From Nemertoderma westbladi (Eukaryota; Animalia; Xenacoelomorpha), in the NCBI GenBank assembly GCA_032718475.1, contig JAUCBJ010009050.1, positions 1 through 33,605 of the forward strand: 33,605 nucleotides of DNA, written 5' to 3'. Made by a program: the position numbers and the translations under genes. The notes beneath the pieces were generated by a model that saw only the letters and a program-made list of their open reading frames with translations, was not told where the DNA came from and did no database searches. Within the stretch, counting starts at the first letter, position 1. Every line of letters starts with the position of its first letter. Positions 8,376 through 22,094 of this stretch are shown here, piece by piece.

Positions 8376-10740
8376 TAGTAGTAGTAGTTTATTGTCATAA
8401 TTAACATTCAAAGTAATATGCGGCACAAACTAACTATAAATTAACTATAAATTTTCATCAGACTTACATCAAAAACTTTAAACAATATTATCCAAAAACA
8501 CCCTGTTAATTTGACCTTTTATAATATGTACATAATATTTACTGAATCATAGGTTTTATATATTAATTAATAAACTGTATAATAAAATAAAGCACAAAAT
8601 ATAAATCTGCATATCTCCTTTAAATCGTTCTCAGTGAATAATACACCAATGTTATCAAACATTAAATGGCAAAAACGTTCTCTTAACTTCTTAGTTAAAA
8701 TGCAATTATATGAGTCTCATCCTGTATTGATTCACTATCGCAACTACAAACCCTAGTAACAGTAACCCTAGTAATCCCAGCTGGTAACTAACCTACTCCA
8801 ACGTTCGGTCTCGATACATAGGTTGTGGGACATCAAGCGAAACCTACTAAAAGCTAATCGTAGATAATCTGGAATATCAGGGGAAATGTAAATTTCAACG
8901 GGTTTCAATCTAGGGTTAAAAATAGTTCTATATGTTACAAATTTTGTAGCAGAGTCAGGTTTATCTAATACTCCGTTACGTATTGAATGAAGGGGGTCAG
9001 AGTTAGTTATTATACTCTTTAGATTTCACAAGGAGATCATAACCAGGAGTATTGTAGTCCCTACATAACTTTAGGATTGACACATAAGGAACATCTGAAT
9101 CATTAACTGTACTGTATTTAATAACAAATTGTTTACGGGAGGAGTTGACATATGAGTCAATGGGGGCAATCCTACTTCCAAACAGCACAAGGCAATGGGA
9201 GTCTGCTTACGTACACCAAGCATTGATCTAATCATACGGTGGTAAAAAACTTCAATTGGTTTAAGATTGTTTGAGAGCCATGATTCACAACCGTATAATA
9301 GAGAGGAAATAACACGAGTATCAAATACCTTCCGTTTAAAACAAAAAGGCATTTCTGAATTCTTAGCACAAAAAAATTGAAAATTTATTCGCAGTATCCT
9401 CGCAGCGGGTTAAATGTAAATTCAATACAGTAGAAATTTTACCATCCTCAGAAAAAGGGGAGCCGAGGTATGTATATGTATCACAATGTTTAACAGATAA
9501 ACCATCCTCCAATATAGTTTCTCTATCAATATTCGAACCATTTATAACAAAAAACTTGCGTTTTTTTATCGTTCACTACCATACCAAAATCTTTACAATA
9601 CGTATTCAATGCCTTTATTTTATCTATACAATTTGATCGTGTGGTGGAAAGAACCACGGTATCGTCCACTAAAAGTAGTACTGATATCAAACCCAAAAAA
9701 CCGTCAACCACAACTGAACCTTTCACTAATTTTACTAACTCTTTCACATAAATACAAAAAAGAATAATACTAGACGGCGCCCCCTGGCGGACTCCAATGG
9801 CAGTGAAGATAATGGCAGAACTTAAAATTGATTTTGTGGCACAATATAGGCCTTTTATGGCATACAACATTGAACATTACCTTTCCGCATCCCATATCCC
9901 TCAACGGTTCTAGCAATTTGTATCTGGGGACTCTGTCATAAGCTTTACTAAAGTCTACAAACACTATAAAGAGTTTATATTTCATAAATATTGCACAATC
10001 AATCAACAGCCGTATAGAGACAATTTGTTCGGTACACCCCCGACCCCCAGCTTGACACTTATCAATGTTCGACCATAACTCTAAACGTCTACTGATCAAT
10101 GTATCGTACACTTTGGCTAATGTTGACATAATTGAAATGCCGCGATAGTTATTACAATTTGACATTGCACCAGATTTAAACAACGTTACAAGTTTAGAGG
10201 TGCACCAAACGACGGGATACCAACCATGCAAAAATATTACATTAAATATCGTTAAAAATAATATCAACCAGTTACCAGGTAAAGATTTAAATAGCCCAGG
10301 CGATATACCAATATATGACTTTGAACTCTTTCTGTCACTCATTGTATTAGCTAGCTCTCGTTCCTTGAAACTGTCGTCTAAACAAGGTATGTACGGTGAA
10401 CATGGAAAAACTAATTCATCTACTGCATCGGACGTTGGCGGATTAAGTAACTTCTCATAATGTTTTTTAAACTGAAGTTCATTAGGCAGGTTACAATTTT
10501 CAGAGCTGTTATGCTGAATATTAAGGTTACCATTCCAGTCCAGGGCATTCCAAATATCTTTAGAATCTTTACCAATAAGTAAGTTCTCCCATATATTTAG
10601 GTTGTTATTACGAGATTTAACATTTACTGGTGCCTTACAAGATCTGGCCACACAAGTCTATTTTCCCAGCATTCTGCTAAAACGGATTCTAACAAACTTT
10701 TGGTATTACCTAGAGTGGGTGGTGTCATAGATTTTAACGC
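8376..10740 (-). pseudogene. Degenerate 5'-truncated non-LTR retrotransposon (RTEX-like), RT plus C-terminal region
   Basis: Frameshifted RT motifs NYRGISI, FVDFSKAYD, GVRQG, LLVDD, LLYGCESW; RLMSHNLCIETERW and a C-x-C...DETH remnant; 3' end AATAAA (8388-8393) followed by a (CTA)4 tail (8376-8387). Clade call and 5' boundary are tentative. Confidence 0.8.
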
Positions 10741-10879
10741 ATGCCTACATACATTTAATGACAACAACAACTATAACAACAATAAGGGGTCCTCCATAAA
10801 TGATAAAATGGCGGAACGCTGGACAGCAATATCGTGACGTCACATTACAAGTTTCCGATAAAATTACTGAATATTTGAA

Positions 10880-10977
<98 letters not shown>
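10880..10977. repeat. (ATT)n microsatellite, ~32 perfect units
   Basis: Directly visible; explains the poly-Ile ORFs on both strands. Confidence 0.98.
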
Positions 10978-10978
<1 letters not shown>

Positions 10979-11195
10979 GGATTTACACATAGTGTAGGGG
11001 TCGCCCCCTGAAATAAAAACGTAATTCATGGAGACTAACAAAAATATACAATTTAGACTGAGTAGCACTATTAAAATAAAGTCAACCCAGTATTCGTTAA
11101 CCGAGAAAATTAAAATATATTTATGTTTAATCATGTTTGTTCATATGTTGTGCAATGTACGTACTGAAAGAGATAATTAAATGATGATTAAATAC

Positions 11196-12335
11196 CAAGT
11201 CAAGTCAGGTCAGGTCCCCAGATCCTGCTACCACTATGGCAGTAATGTGGTACTACCTGTAGCTGTCAGCCCAGTAGGGCAGGCCCGATAAGCATAGCCT
11301 ATTCATTATTTAGTTGATCAAGAGTGGGTTGGTTCAGCCCCGTCAACTAAATAAGTCATTGAGGGCTATAGCGCCTAGGGCACCATTGAAGGCAAAGGCT
11401 TGATACGCATCTGCATTAGAGATGATACAAGCCCCGCCCTGTCTATACTGGATGCTCCTCTACCAGTGTTAGGTAACCTAACCCAGGAGGCACACTTGGT
11501 TCAGGGTGTAACAAAAGGACCCCTACAGTCGGCAGCAGGGCTGTAGGCCATGGAAAGGCGGAAGGTAATCAACCAACGGCTAGACATGCTGACAAGGTCG
11601 GCGGAAGGTAATCAACCAACGGCGACCTAATGCGAAGACGCTTGTAGGAGTTGCGACCACAAGCGGTTTACTCCCGCAACTGAAAGATATGAGTATGAGA
11701 ACCCTCCAGGAGAAATACCGGCTCGGTCGACGCCCGGGTCAACAAGGACCGCGTCCCTCAGTGGTACACCAGGCTGGGGTCGATAAATTGGCTACTGGAA
11801 CAGAAGACAGAGAAGAAAGAAGAACCAACCTGTTGAAATGTAAAAAGACACTAAAGATTGCTACAATGAACGCACGAACGCTGAAAGCACAGAGCAAACA
11901 GGGTGACATGGTCGCTCTGGCAATGGAATATAACATCGACATCATCTGCATCCAAGAACATCGGATTTGTCATGAAGACACTGCCATGAAGTACAATGAC
12001 ATTGGAAATGGATGGACGTTAGTAACAAGCTCAGCAGTAAGAAACTCGGCCAATGCATCAATTGGTGGAGTAGGAATTCTGCTAAGCCCATTTGCACTTA
12101 AGACCCTAAACAACATCGAATCTATAAATTCCAGGGTTATGATCGCAACATTTGATGGGAATCCCAAGGCAACAGTTATATGTTGCTACAAGTCCAAACA
12201 ATGCCTCAGAGCCAGAACAAGCAGTCAAGTTTTATGAAGAACTGACTGGACTTATAAAGGACATTCCGAAACACAATGTTAAAGTCATTGCTGGTGACCT
12301 GAATGCGCAAATTGGCCCAGAAGACATCAATGGTT
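11196..12335 (+). mobile_element. 5' portion of an RTE-clade LINE (5' UTR plus AP-endonuclease N-terminus), 3'-truncated and frameshifted
   Basis: APE motifs LKIATMNARTL, IDIICIQEHR, GGVGILLS, (Y)SP, FYEEL, AGDLNAQIG; frameshift near 12190; RTE-like 5' UTR motifs ggaaggtaatcaacc (x2) and gctactgga. Start is approximate. Confidence 0.82.
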
Positions 12336-12388
12336 ATATTCATTTAAGGTCATTTAATTTAATGTTTATTATAAATCCCAATACTAAC

Positions 12389-12514
12389 CTCTAGCCCACA
12401 TTGTTCGGCTGCACTGTAGGGGTCAATACCGGTAATATATATTCCTAGATTATATTCCTTACCACCGCGTATCATTATACCCAGACTCTGCTGTGGTTGG
12501 ACTACAACGTTTAC
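12389..12514 (-). CDS. WHRN: Whirlin-like coding exon 3 (N-terminal half of PDZ2); absent from the ORF track
   Basis: ccttttcttag|GTA...GAG|gttagt; 126 nt = VNVVVQPQQSLGIMIRGGKEYNLGIYITGIDPYSAAEQCGLE, resembling whirlin VNLVLGDGRSLGLTIRGGAEYGLGIYITGVDPGSEAEGSGLK; phase 0/0. Confidence 0.9.
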
Positions 12515-12681
12515 CTAAGAAAAGGAATACGATGACGTTTAATAATCCGAGAACACCAATGAGATATTATAGTCTAACTAATAATAATGGCAAATTTAAA
12601 ATTATACATTTTTCTAAATATACAGAGTTTGAAGTAAAAACACCTATAAATCAGAATTTAGCATTCAGACATTATTAGCCA

Positions 12682-12727
12682 TACTAGGATCGGCATGCTG
12701 CATTGCAGCTGCATTTTCAAGAATGCT
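12682..12727 (-). mobile_element. ~45-bp 3'-terminal fragment of the RTE family
   Basis: tactaggatcggcatgctgcattgcagctgcattttcaagaatgct is almost identical to 15249-15294. Confidence 0.85.
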
Positions 12728-15250
12728 TTTCCCTAGATCTGTGTTTAAAAAACTTCTTCATTTACTAAATTTAAATAGTTATAACTATTTATTATCTTTT
12801 ATTTCGCGGTCCATTTTGATGCAGGTTGCCATAATTCCATTCCCGATTGCGCGATACCAGGGAGGGTAGGTTTACACTACTATAGGCCTACTAGTATGGT
12901 AGGTTTACACTACTATAAGCCTACTAGTATGGTAGGTTTACACTACTATAGGTCTACTAGTATGGTAGGTTTACACTACTATAGGCCTACTAGTATGGTA
13001 GGTTTACACTACTATAGGCCTACTAGTATGGTAGGTTTACACTACTATAAGCCTACTAGTATGGTAGGTTTACACTACTAAATAGGCCTACTAGTATGGT
13101 AGGTTTACACTACTATAGGCCTACTAGTATGGTAGGTTTACACTACTAAATATGCCTACTAGTATGGTAGGTTTACACTACTATAAGCCTACTAGTATGG
13201 TAGGTTTACACTACTAAATAGGCCTACTAGTATGGTAGGTTTACACTACTAATATTCCTACTAGTATGGTAGGTTTACACTACTATAGGCCTACTAGTAT
13301 GGTAGGTTTACACTACTAAATAGGCCTACTAGTATGGTAGGTTTACACTACTATAGGCCTACTAGTATGGTAGGTTTACACTACTAAATAGGCCTACTAG
13401 TATGGTAGGTTTACACTACTATAGGCCTACTAGTATGGTAGGTTTACACTACTAATCAGGCCTACTAGTATGGTAGGTTTACACTACTAAATATGCCTAC
13501 TAGTATGGTAGGTTTACACTACTATAGGCCTACTAGTATGGTAGGTTTACACTACTAATAGGCCTACTAGTATGGTAGGTTTACACTACTAAATATGCCT
13601 ACTAGTATGGTATGTTTACACTACTATAAGCCTACTAGTATGGTAGGTTTACACTACTAATATGCCTACTAGTATGGTAGGTTTACACTACTAAATAGGC
13701 CTACTAGTATGGTAGGTTTACACTACTATAGGCCTACTAGTATGGTAGGTTTACACTACTAAATAGGCCTACTAGTATGGTAGGTTTACACTACTATAGG
13801 CCTACTAGTATGGTAGGTTTACACTACTATAGGCCTACTAGTATGGTAGGTTTACACTACTATAGGCCTACTAGTATGGTAGGTTTACACTACTATAGGC
13901 CTACTAGTATGGTAGGTTTACACTACTATAGGCCTACTAGTATGGTAGGTTTACACTACTATAGGCCTACTAGTATGGTAGGTTTACACTACTATAGGCC
14001 TACTAGTATGGTAGGTTTACACTACTAAATAGGCCTACTAGTATGGTAGGTTTACACTACTATAGGCCTACTAGTATGGTAGGTTTACACTACTAAATAG
14101 GCCTACTAGTATGGTAGGTTTACACTACTAAATAGGCCTACTAGTATGGTAGGTTTACACTACTAATAGGCCTACTAGTATGGTAGGTTTACACTACTAT
14201 AGGCCTACTAGTATGGTAGGTTTACACTACTATAGGCCTACTAGTATGGTAGGTTTACACTACTATAGGCCTACTAGTATGGTAGGTTTACACTACTATA
14301 GGCCTACTAGTATGGTAGGTTTACACTACTATAGGCCTACTAGTATGGTAGGTTTACACTACTATAGGCCTACTAGTATGGTAGGTTTACACTACTATAG
14401 GCCTACTAGTATGGTAGGTTTACACTACTATAGGCCTACTAGTATGGTAGGTTTACACTACTATAGGCCTACTAGTATGGTAGGTTTACACTACTATAGG
14501 CCTACTAGTATGGTAGGTTTACACTACTATAGGCCTACTAGTATGGTAGGTTTACACTACTATAGGCCTACTAGTATGGTAGGTTTACACTACTATAGGC
14601 CTACTAGTATGGTAGGTTTACACTACTATAGGCCTACTAGTATGGTAGGTTTACACTACTATAGGCCTACTAGTATGGTAGGTTTACACTACTATAGGCC
14701 TACTAGTATGGTAGGTTTACACTACTAATAGGCCTACTAGTATGGTAGGTTTACACTACTATAGGCCTACTAGTATGGTAGGTTTACACTACTAAATAGG
14801 CCTACTAGTATGGTAGGTTTACACTACTATAGGCCTACTAGTATGGTAGGTTTACACTACTATAGGCCTACTAGTATGGTAGGTTTACACTACTATACAG
14901 GCCTACTAGTATGGTAGGTTTACACTACTAAATAGGCCTACTAGTATGGTAGGTTTACACTACTATAGGCCTACTAGTATGGTAGGTTTACACTACTATA
15001 GGCCTACTAGTATGGTAGGTTTACACTACTATAGGCCTACTAGTATGGTAGGTTTACACTACTAAACAGGCCTACTAGTATGGTAGGTTTACACTACTAA
15101 ATAGGCCTACTAGTATGGTAGGTTTACACTACTATAGGCCTACTAGTATGGTAGGTTTACACTACTAAATAGGCCTACTAGTATGGTAGGTTTACACTAC
15201 TAAATAGGCCTACAAGTATGGTAGGTTTACACTACTAAATAGGCCTACTA

Positions 15251-16312
15251 CTAGGATCGGCATGCTGCATTGCAGCTGCATTTTTAAGAATGCTGTGCCG
15301 GCTTGTCAACAAAATTGCACCGCCACAACTCCCTATCACCCATGACATTTGCTAGATCATCCGCATCTTTAAGGCCAGTGTCCTTTAAGATGCGTCTCAA
15401 GAAAGTCATGGGCTGTCCACCATGCTTATTCACTCCATGAGGCTGCCAAAGTACAAGATTATGCACTGGCTGGTCCTCACGGCGAAAGCAATGTCCTGCA
15501 AAGCGGAGGCGGTTTTGTTCTAGTGTCAAGCTTGGGGGAACCAATGAGACACCTCCAATGTTATATAGTGTCTGGTTGGAGATGTGTGCATTGTACTTGA
15601 CACAATGAACCCGGCGTAGCATTCTTGTGAATGTGCCATCCAGAGATTTGGTGTCCTCAGCAGTTAGAGCCCAGCATGGACTCCCATAGAGGAGTACTGG
15701 AACTACTGCTGCTCTAAATAATCGGACCTTAAGTTTCCGATTAATTCTCGGTGACTTCCAAATCCTGGAAAGCCTATTCAAGGCTGCCCATGCCTTTCCC
15801 TTACGTATTCGAAGGTCCTCACCTGACTTCCGGATCCATGATCCCAGGTAACAGAAGTCGTCCACATGCTCAAGCATACCATCCTTTGAGCTTATGCTCA
15901 TCCGATCAGAGACTTGCTGAGGACTTTCAAAGTTAACGGTCAGAATTTTGGTCTTTCTGGAGTTAATAAAAAGACCAACACTAGAAGCAGCATGTTCTAA
16001 TGAGCTGAGGAGCCGTTGGGCTCCCTCTAATGATTCTGAGAGTACTCCTAAGTCATCAGCAAAGTCTAGATCAGTTAGGTACTTGGCAGGATTTCCTCGA
16101 CTTCTGGAGCCAGTAGGTGGAGTTATCATCACCCCATCATCATTATGATGATCTAAGGACATGCGTAGAACATAGTCAACCACAATAATGAACAAGAATG
16201 GTGCAAGTGTGTCTCCTTGGAGGACGCCCCATAACACTTCAAATGGTTCTGTGTCACCGTCAACAGTAGACACAAATGTTGTCGAACCATCGTATACTGA
16301 TCTGATTGCTGC
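15251..16312 (-). mobile_element. 5'-truncated RTE LINE inserted in the satellite; uninterrupted RT C-terminal ORF (15284-16273)
   Basis: GVLQGDTLAPFLF, LDFADD, FCYLGS, VLLYGS, RLRFAGHC motifs; short 3' UTR ending GCCGATCC(TAG)n; flanked by an 85-bp direct repeat (15166-15250 and 16340-16424). Confidence 0.93.
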
Positions 16313-19300
16313 AAAATATGTATATAATAAATAGAATAATAAATAGGCCTACTAGTATGGTAGGTTTACACTACTAAATAGGCCTACAAGTATGGTAGGT
16401 TTACACTACTAAATAGGCCTACTAGTATGGTAGGTTTACTCTACTATAGGTCTACCAGTATGGTAGGTTTACACTACTATAGGCCTACTAGTATGGTAGG
16501 TTTACACTACTATAGGCCTATTAGTATGGTAGGTTTACACTACTATAGGCCTACTAGTATGGTAGGTTTACACTACTATAGGCCTACTAGTATGGTAGGT
16601 TTACACTACTATAGGCCTACTAGTATGGTAGGTTTACACTACTATAGGCCTACTAGTATGGTAGGTTTACACTACTATAGGCCTACTAGTATGGTAGGTT
16701 TACACTACTATAGGCCTACTAGTATGGTAGGTTTACACTACTATAGGCCTACTAGTATGGTAGGTTTACACTACTAAATATGCCTACTAGTATGGTAGGT
16801 TTACACTACTATAGGCCTACTAGTATGGTAGGTTTACACTACTAAATATGCCTACTAGTATGGTAGGTTTACACTACTATAGGCCTACTAGTATGGTAGG
16901 TTTACTCTACTATAGGCCTACTAGTATGGTGGGTTTACACTACTAAACAGGCCTACTAGTATGGTAGGTTTACACTACTAAATAGGCCTACTAGTATGGT
17001 AGGTTTACACTACTATAGGCCTACTAGTATGGTAGGTTTACACTACTATAGGCCTACTAGTATGGTAGGTTTACACTACTATAGGCCTACTAGTATGGTA
17101 GGTTTACACTACTAAACAGGCCTACTAGTATGGTAGGTTTACACTACTAAATAGGCCTACTAGTATGGTAGGTTTACACTACTATATGCCTGCCAGTATG
17201 GTAGGTTTACACTACTATAGGCCTACTAGTATGGTAGGTTTACACTACTATTGGCCTACTAGTATGGTAAGTTTATACTACTATAAGCCTACTAGTATGG
17301 TAGGTTTACACTACTATAGGCCTACTAGTATGGTAGGTTTACACTACTAAATAGGCCTACTAGTATGGTAGGTTTACACTACTAAACAGGCCTACTAGTA
17401 TGGTAGGTTTACACTACTAAATAGGCCTACTAGTATGGTAGGTTTACACTACTATATGCCTGCCAGTATGGTAGGTTTACACTACTATAAGCCTACTAGT
17501 ATGGTAGGTTTACACTACTATTGGCCTACTAGTATGGTAGGTTTATACTACTATAAGCCTACTAGTATGGTAGGTTTACACTACTATAGGCCTACTAGTA
17601 TGGTAGGTTTACACTACTATAGGCCTACTAGTATGGTAGGTTTACACTACTATTGGCCTACTAGTATGGTAGGTTTATACTACTATAAGCCTACTAGTAT
17701 GGTAGGTTTACACTACTATAGGCCTACTAGTATGGTAGGTTTACACTACTATAGGCCTACTAGTATGGTAGGTTTACACTACTAAATAGGCCTACTAGTA
17801 TGGTAGGTTTACACTACTAAATATGCCTACTAGTATGGTAGGTTTACACTACTATAGGCCTACTAGTATGGTAGGTTTACACTACTATAGGCCTACTAGT
17901 ATGGTAGGTTTACACTACTATAGGCCTACTAGTATGGTAGGTTTACACTACTATAGGCCTACTAGTATGGTAGGTTTACACTACTATAGGCCTACTAGTA
18001 TGGTAGGTTTACACTACTATAGGCCTACTAGTATGGTAGGTTTACACTACTATAGGCCTACTAGTATGGTAGGTTTACACTACTATAGGCCTACTAGTAT
18101 GGTAGGTTTACACTACTATAGGCCTACTAGTATGGTAGGTTTACACTACTATAGGCCTACTAGTATGGTAGGTTTACACTACTAAATATGCCTACTAGTA
18201 TGGTAGGTTTACACTACTATAGGCCTACTAGTATGGTAGGTTTACACTACTAAATATGCCTACTAGTATGGTAGGTTTACACTACTATAGGCCTACTAGT
18301 ATGGTAGGTTTACTCTACTATAGGCCTACTAGTATGGTAGGTTTACACTACTAAATAGGCCTACTAGTATGGTAGGTTTACACTACTATAGGCCTACTAG
18401 TATGGTAGGTTTACACTACTATAGGCCTACTAGTATGGTAGGTTTACACTACTAAACAGGCCTACTAGTATGGTAGGTTTACACTACTAAATAGGCCTAC
18501 TAGTATGGTAGGTTTACACTACTATATGCCTGCCAGTATGGTAGGTTTACACTACTATAGGCCTACTAGTATGGTAGGTTTACACTACTATTGGCCTACT
18601 AGTATGGTAGGTTTATACTACTATAAGCCTACTAGTATGGTAGGTTTACACTACTATAGGCCTACTAGTATGGTAGGTTTACACTACTAAATAGGCCTAC
18701 TAGTATGGTAGGTTTACACTACTAAACAGGCCTACTAGTATGGTAGGTTTACACTACTAAATAGGCCTACTAGTATGGTAGGTTTACACTACTATATGCC
18801 TGCCAGTATGGTAGGTTTACACTACTATAAGCCTACTAGTATGGTAGGTTTACACTACTATTGGCCTACTAGTATGGTAGGTTTATACTACTATAAGCCT
18901 ACTAGTATGGTAGGTTTACACTACTATAGGCCTACTAGTATGGTAGGTTTACACTACTATTGGCCTACTAGTATGGTAGGTTTATACTACTATAAGCCTA
19001 CTAGTATGGTAGGTTTACACTACTATAGGCCTACTAGTATGGTAGGTTTACACTACTATAGGCCTACTAGTATGGTAGGTTTACACTACTATAGACCTAC
19101 TAGTATGGTAGGTTTACACTACTATAGGCCTACTAGTATGGTAGGTTTACACTACTATAGGCCTACTAGTATGGTAGGTTTACACGACTATAGGCCTACT
19201 AGTATTGTAGGTTTACACTACTATAGGCCTACTAGTATGGTAGGTTTACACTACTATAGGCCTACTAGTATGGTAGGTTTACACTACTATAGGCCTACTA

Positions 19301-21526
19301 GTATGGTAGGTTTACACTACTAAATAGGCCTACTAGTATGGTAGGTTTACACTACTATAGGCCTACTAGTATGGTAGGTTTACACTACTAAATAGGCCTA
19401 CTAGTATGGTAGGTTTACACTACTATAGGCCTACTAGTATGGTAGGTTTACACTACTATAGACCTACTAGTATGGTAGGTTTACACTACTATAGGCCTAC
19501 TAGTATGGTAGGTTTACACTACTATAGGCCTACTAGTATGGTAGGTTTACACGACTATAGGCCTACTAGTATTGTAGGTTTACACTACTATAGGCCTACT
19601 AGTATGGTAGGTTTACACTACTATAGGCCTACTAGTATGGTAGGTTTACACTACTATAGGCCTACTAGTATGGTAGGTTTACACTACTATAGGCCTACTA
19701 GTATGGTAGGTTTATACTACTAAATAGGCCTACTAGTATGGTAGGTTTACACTACTATAGGCCTACTAGTATGGTAGGTTTACACTACTATAGACCTACT
19801 AGTATGGTAGGTTTACACTACTATAGGCCTACTAGTATGGTAGGTTTACACTACTATAGGCCTACTAGTATGGTAGGTTTACACGACTATAGGCCTACTA
19901 GTATTGTAGGTTTACACTACTATAGGCCTACTAGTATGGTAGGTTTACACTACTATAGGCCTACTAGTATGGTAGGTTTACACTACTATAGGCCTACTAG
20001 TATGGTAGGTTTACACTACTAAATAGGCCTACTAGTATGGTAGGTTTACACTACTATAGGCCTACTAGTATGGTAGGTTTACACTACTATAGGCCTACTA
20101 GTATGGTAGGTTTACACTACTATAGGCCTACTAGTATGGTAGGTTTACACTACTAAATAGGCCTACTAGTATGGTAGGTTTACACTACTATAGGCCTACT
20201 AGTATGGTAGGTTTACACTACTAAATAGGCCTACTAGTATGGTAGGTTTACACTACTATAGGCCTACTAGTATGGTAGGTTTACACTACTATAGACCTAC
20301 TAGTATGGTAGGTTTACACTACTATAGGCCTACTAGTATGGTAGGTTTACACTACTATAGGCCTACTAGTATGGTAGGTTTACACGACTATAGGCCTACT
20401 AGTATGGTAGGTTTACACTACTATAGGCCTACTAGTATGGTAGGTTTACACTACTATAGGCCTACTAGTATGGTAGGTTTACACTACTATAGCCTACTAG
20501 TATGGTAGGTTTACACTACTATAGGCCTACTAGTATGGTAGGTTTACACTACTATAGGCCTACTAGTATGGTAGGTTTACACTACTATAGGCCTACTAGT
20601 ATGGTAGGTTTACACTACTATAGGCCTACTAGTATGGTAGGTTTACACTACTATAGGCCTACTAGTATGGTAGGTTTACACTACTATAGGCCTACTAGTA
20701 TGGTAGGTTTACACTACTATAGGCCTACTAGTATGGTAGGTTTACACTACTATAGGCCTACTAGTATGGTAGGTTTACACTACTATAGGCCTACTAGTAT
20801 GGTAGGTTTACACTACTATAGGCCTACTAGTATGGTAGGTTTACACTACTATAGGCCTACTAGTATGGTAGGTTTACACTACTAAATAGGCCTACTAGTA
20901 TGGTAGGTTTACACTACTATAGGCCTACTAGTATGGTAGGTTTACACTACTATAGGCCTACTAGTATGGTAGGTTTACACTACTATAGGCCTACTAGTAT
21001 GGTAGGTTTACACTACTATAGGCCTACTAGTATGGTAGGTTTACACTACTAAATAGGCCTACTAGTATGGTAGGTTTACACTACTATAGGCCTACTAGTA
21101 TGGTAGGTTTACACTACTATAGGCCTACTAGTATGGTAGGTTTACACTACTATAGGCCTACTAGTATGGTAGGTTTACACTACTATAGGCCTACTAGTAT
21201 GGTAGGTTTACACTACTATAGGCCTACTAGTATGGTAGGTTTACACTACTATAGGCCTACTAGTATGGTAGGTTTACACTACTATAGGCCTACTAGTATG
21301 GTAGGTTTACACTACTATAGGCCTACTAGTATGGTAGGTTTACACTACTATAGGCCTACTAGTATGGTAGGTTTACACTACTATAGGCCTACTAGTATGG
21401 TAGGTTTACACTACTATAGGCCTACTAGTATGGTAGGTTTACACTACTATAGGCCTACTAGTATGGTAGGTTTACACTACTATAGGCCTACTAGTATGGT
21501 AGGTTTACACTACTATAGGCCTACTA

Positions 21527-21626
21527 NNNNNNNNNNNNNNNNNNNNNNNNNNNNNNNNNNNNNNNNNNNNNNNNNNNNNNNNNNNNNNNNNNNNNNNNNN
21601 NNNNNNNNNNNNNNNNNNNNNNNNNN
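21527..21626. other. Assembly gap (100 N) inside the 33-bp satellite
   Basis: Run of 100 N with satellite on both sides; true array length unknown. Confidence 0.99.
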
Positions 21627-21884
21627 GGCCTACTAGTATGGTAGGTTTACACTACTATAGGCCTACTAGTATGGTAGGTTTACACTACTATAGGCCTACT
21701 AGTATGGTAGGTTTACACTACTATAGGCCTACTAGTATGGTAGGTTTACACTACTATAGGCCTACTAGTATGGTAGGTTTACACTACTATAGGCCTACTA
21801 GTATGGTAGGTTTACACTACTATAGGCCTACTAGTATGGTAGGTTTACACTACTATACTTGAAGGCATTCCGATTATTCATTAC

Positions 21885-22094
21885 CTTAATATCGTCTTTA
21901 GTCGTCAGTAAATGCATTTCTTTCCGCTTGTCTGCCTCGCTAACCGATCGGTTAGGGGCGCTCTCACTCACAGGTGGTGATACACACCTCCCATTGGTAT
22001 CCAACCAGGAGAACTTTAGGTTCTCGGATCGGGAGGCCGGTACACGGCCTACAGACTTCACATCCAATGTCAACCGTAATGATTTCGCTATGAC
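21885..22094 (-). CDS. WHRN: Whirlin-like coding exon 2 (end of PDZ1 and PDZ1-PDZ2 linker)
   Basis: cttaatcgcag|GTC...AAG|gtaatg; 210 nt = VIAKSLRLTLDVKSVGRVPASRSENLKFSWLDTNGRCVSPP...MHLLTTKDDIK, resembling whirlin ..SAGRIPG..YTWVDPQGRSISPP..LHLLQGGDEKK; phase 0/0. Confidence 0.9.

Larger units (their letters stand above)
12865..21857. repeat. 33-bp satellite (ggtaggtttacactactataggcctactagtat; 34/35-bp variants), about 8 kb assembled, in whirlin intron 2
   Basis: Directly visible; interrupted by an RTE insertion and an N gap; source of the MVGLHYYRPTS pseudo-ORFs. Confidence 0.98.

Noticed and set aside
10745-11134. Poly-isoleucine ORFs
   Set aside because: Translation of the (ATT)n microsatellite.
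11196-11690. HDV-like ribozyme at the RTE 5' end (known in some RTE elements)
   Set aside because: I could not assemble the nested double pseudoknot by eye; needs an RNArobo or Infernal search.
12896-21862. Repeat proteins (MVGLHYYRPTS)n
   Set aside because: Artefact of a 33-bp (11-codon) satellite; frames are broken at random by 34/35-bp variants.
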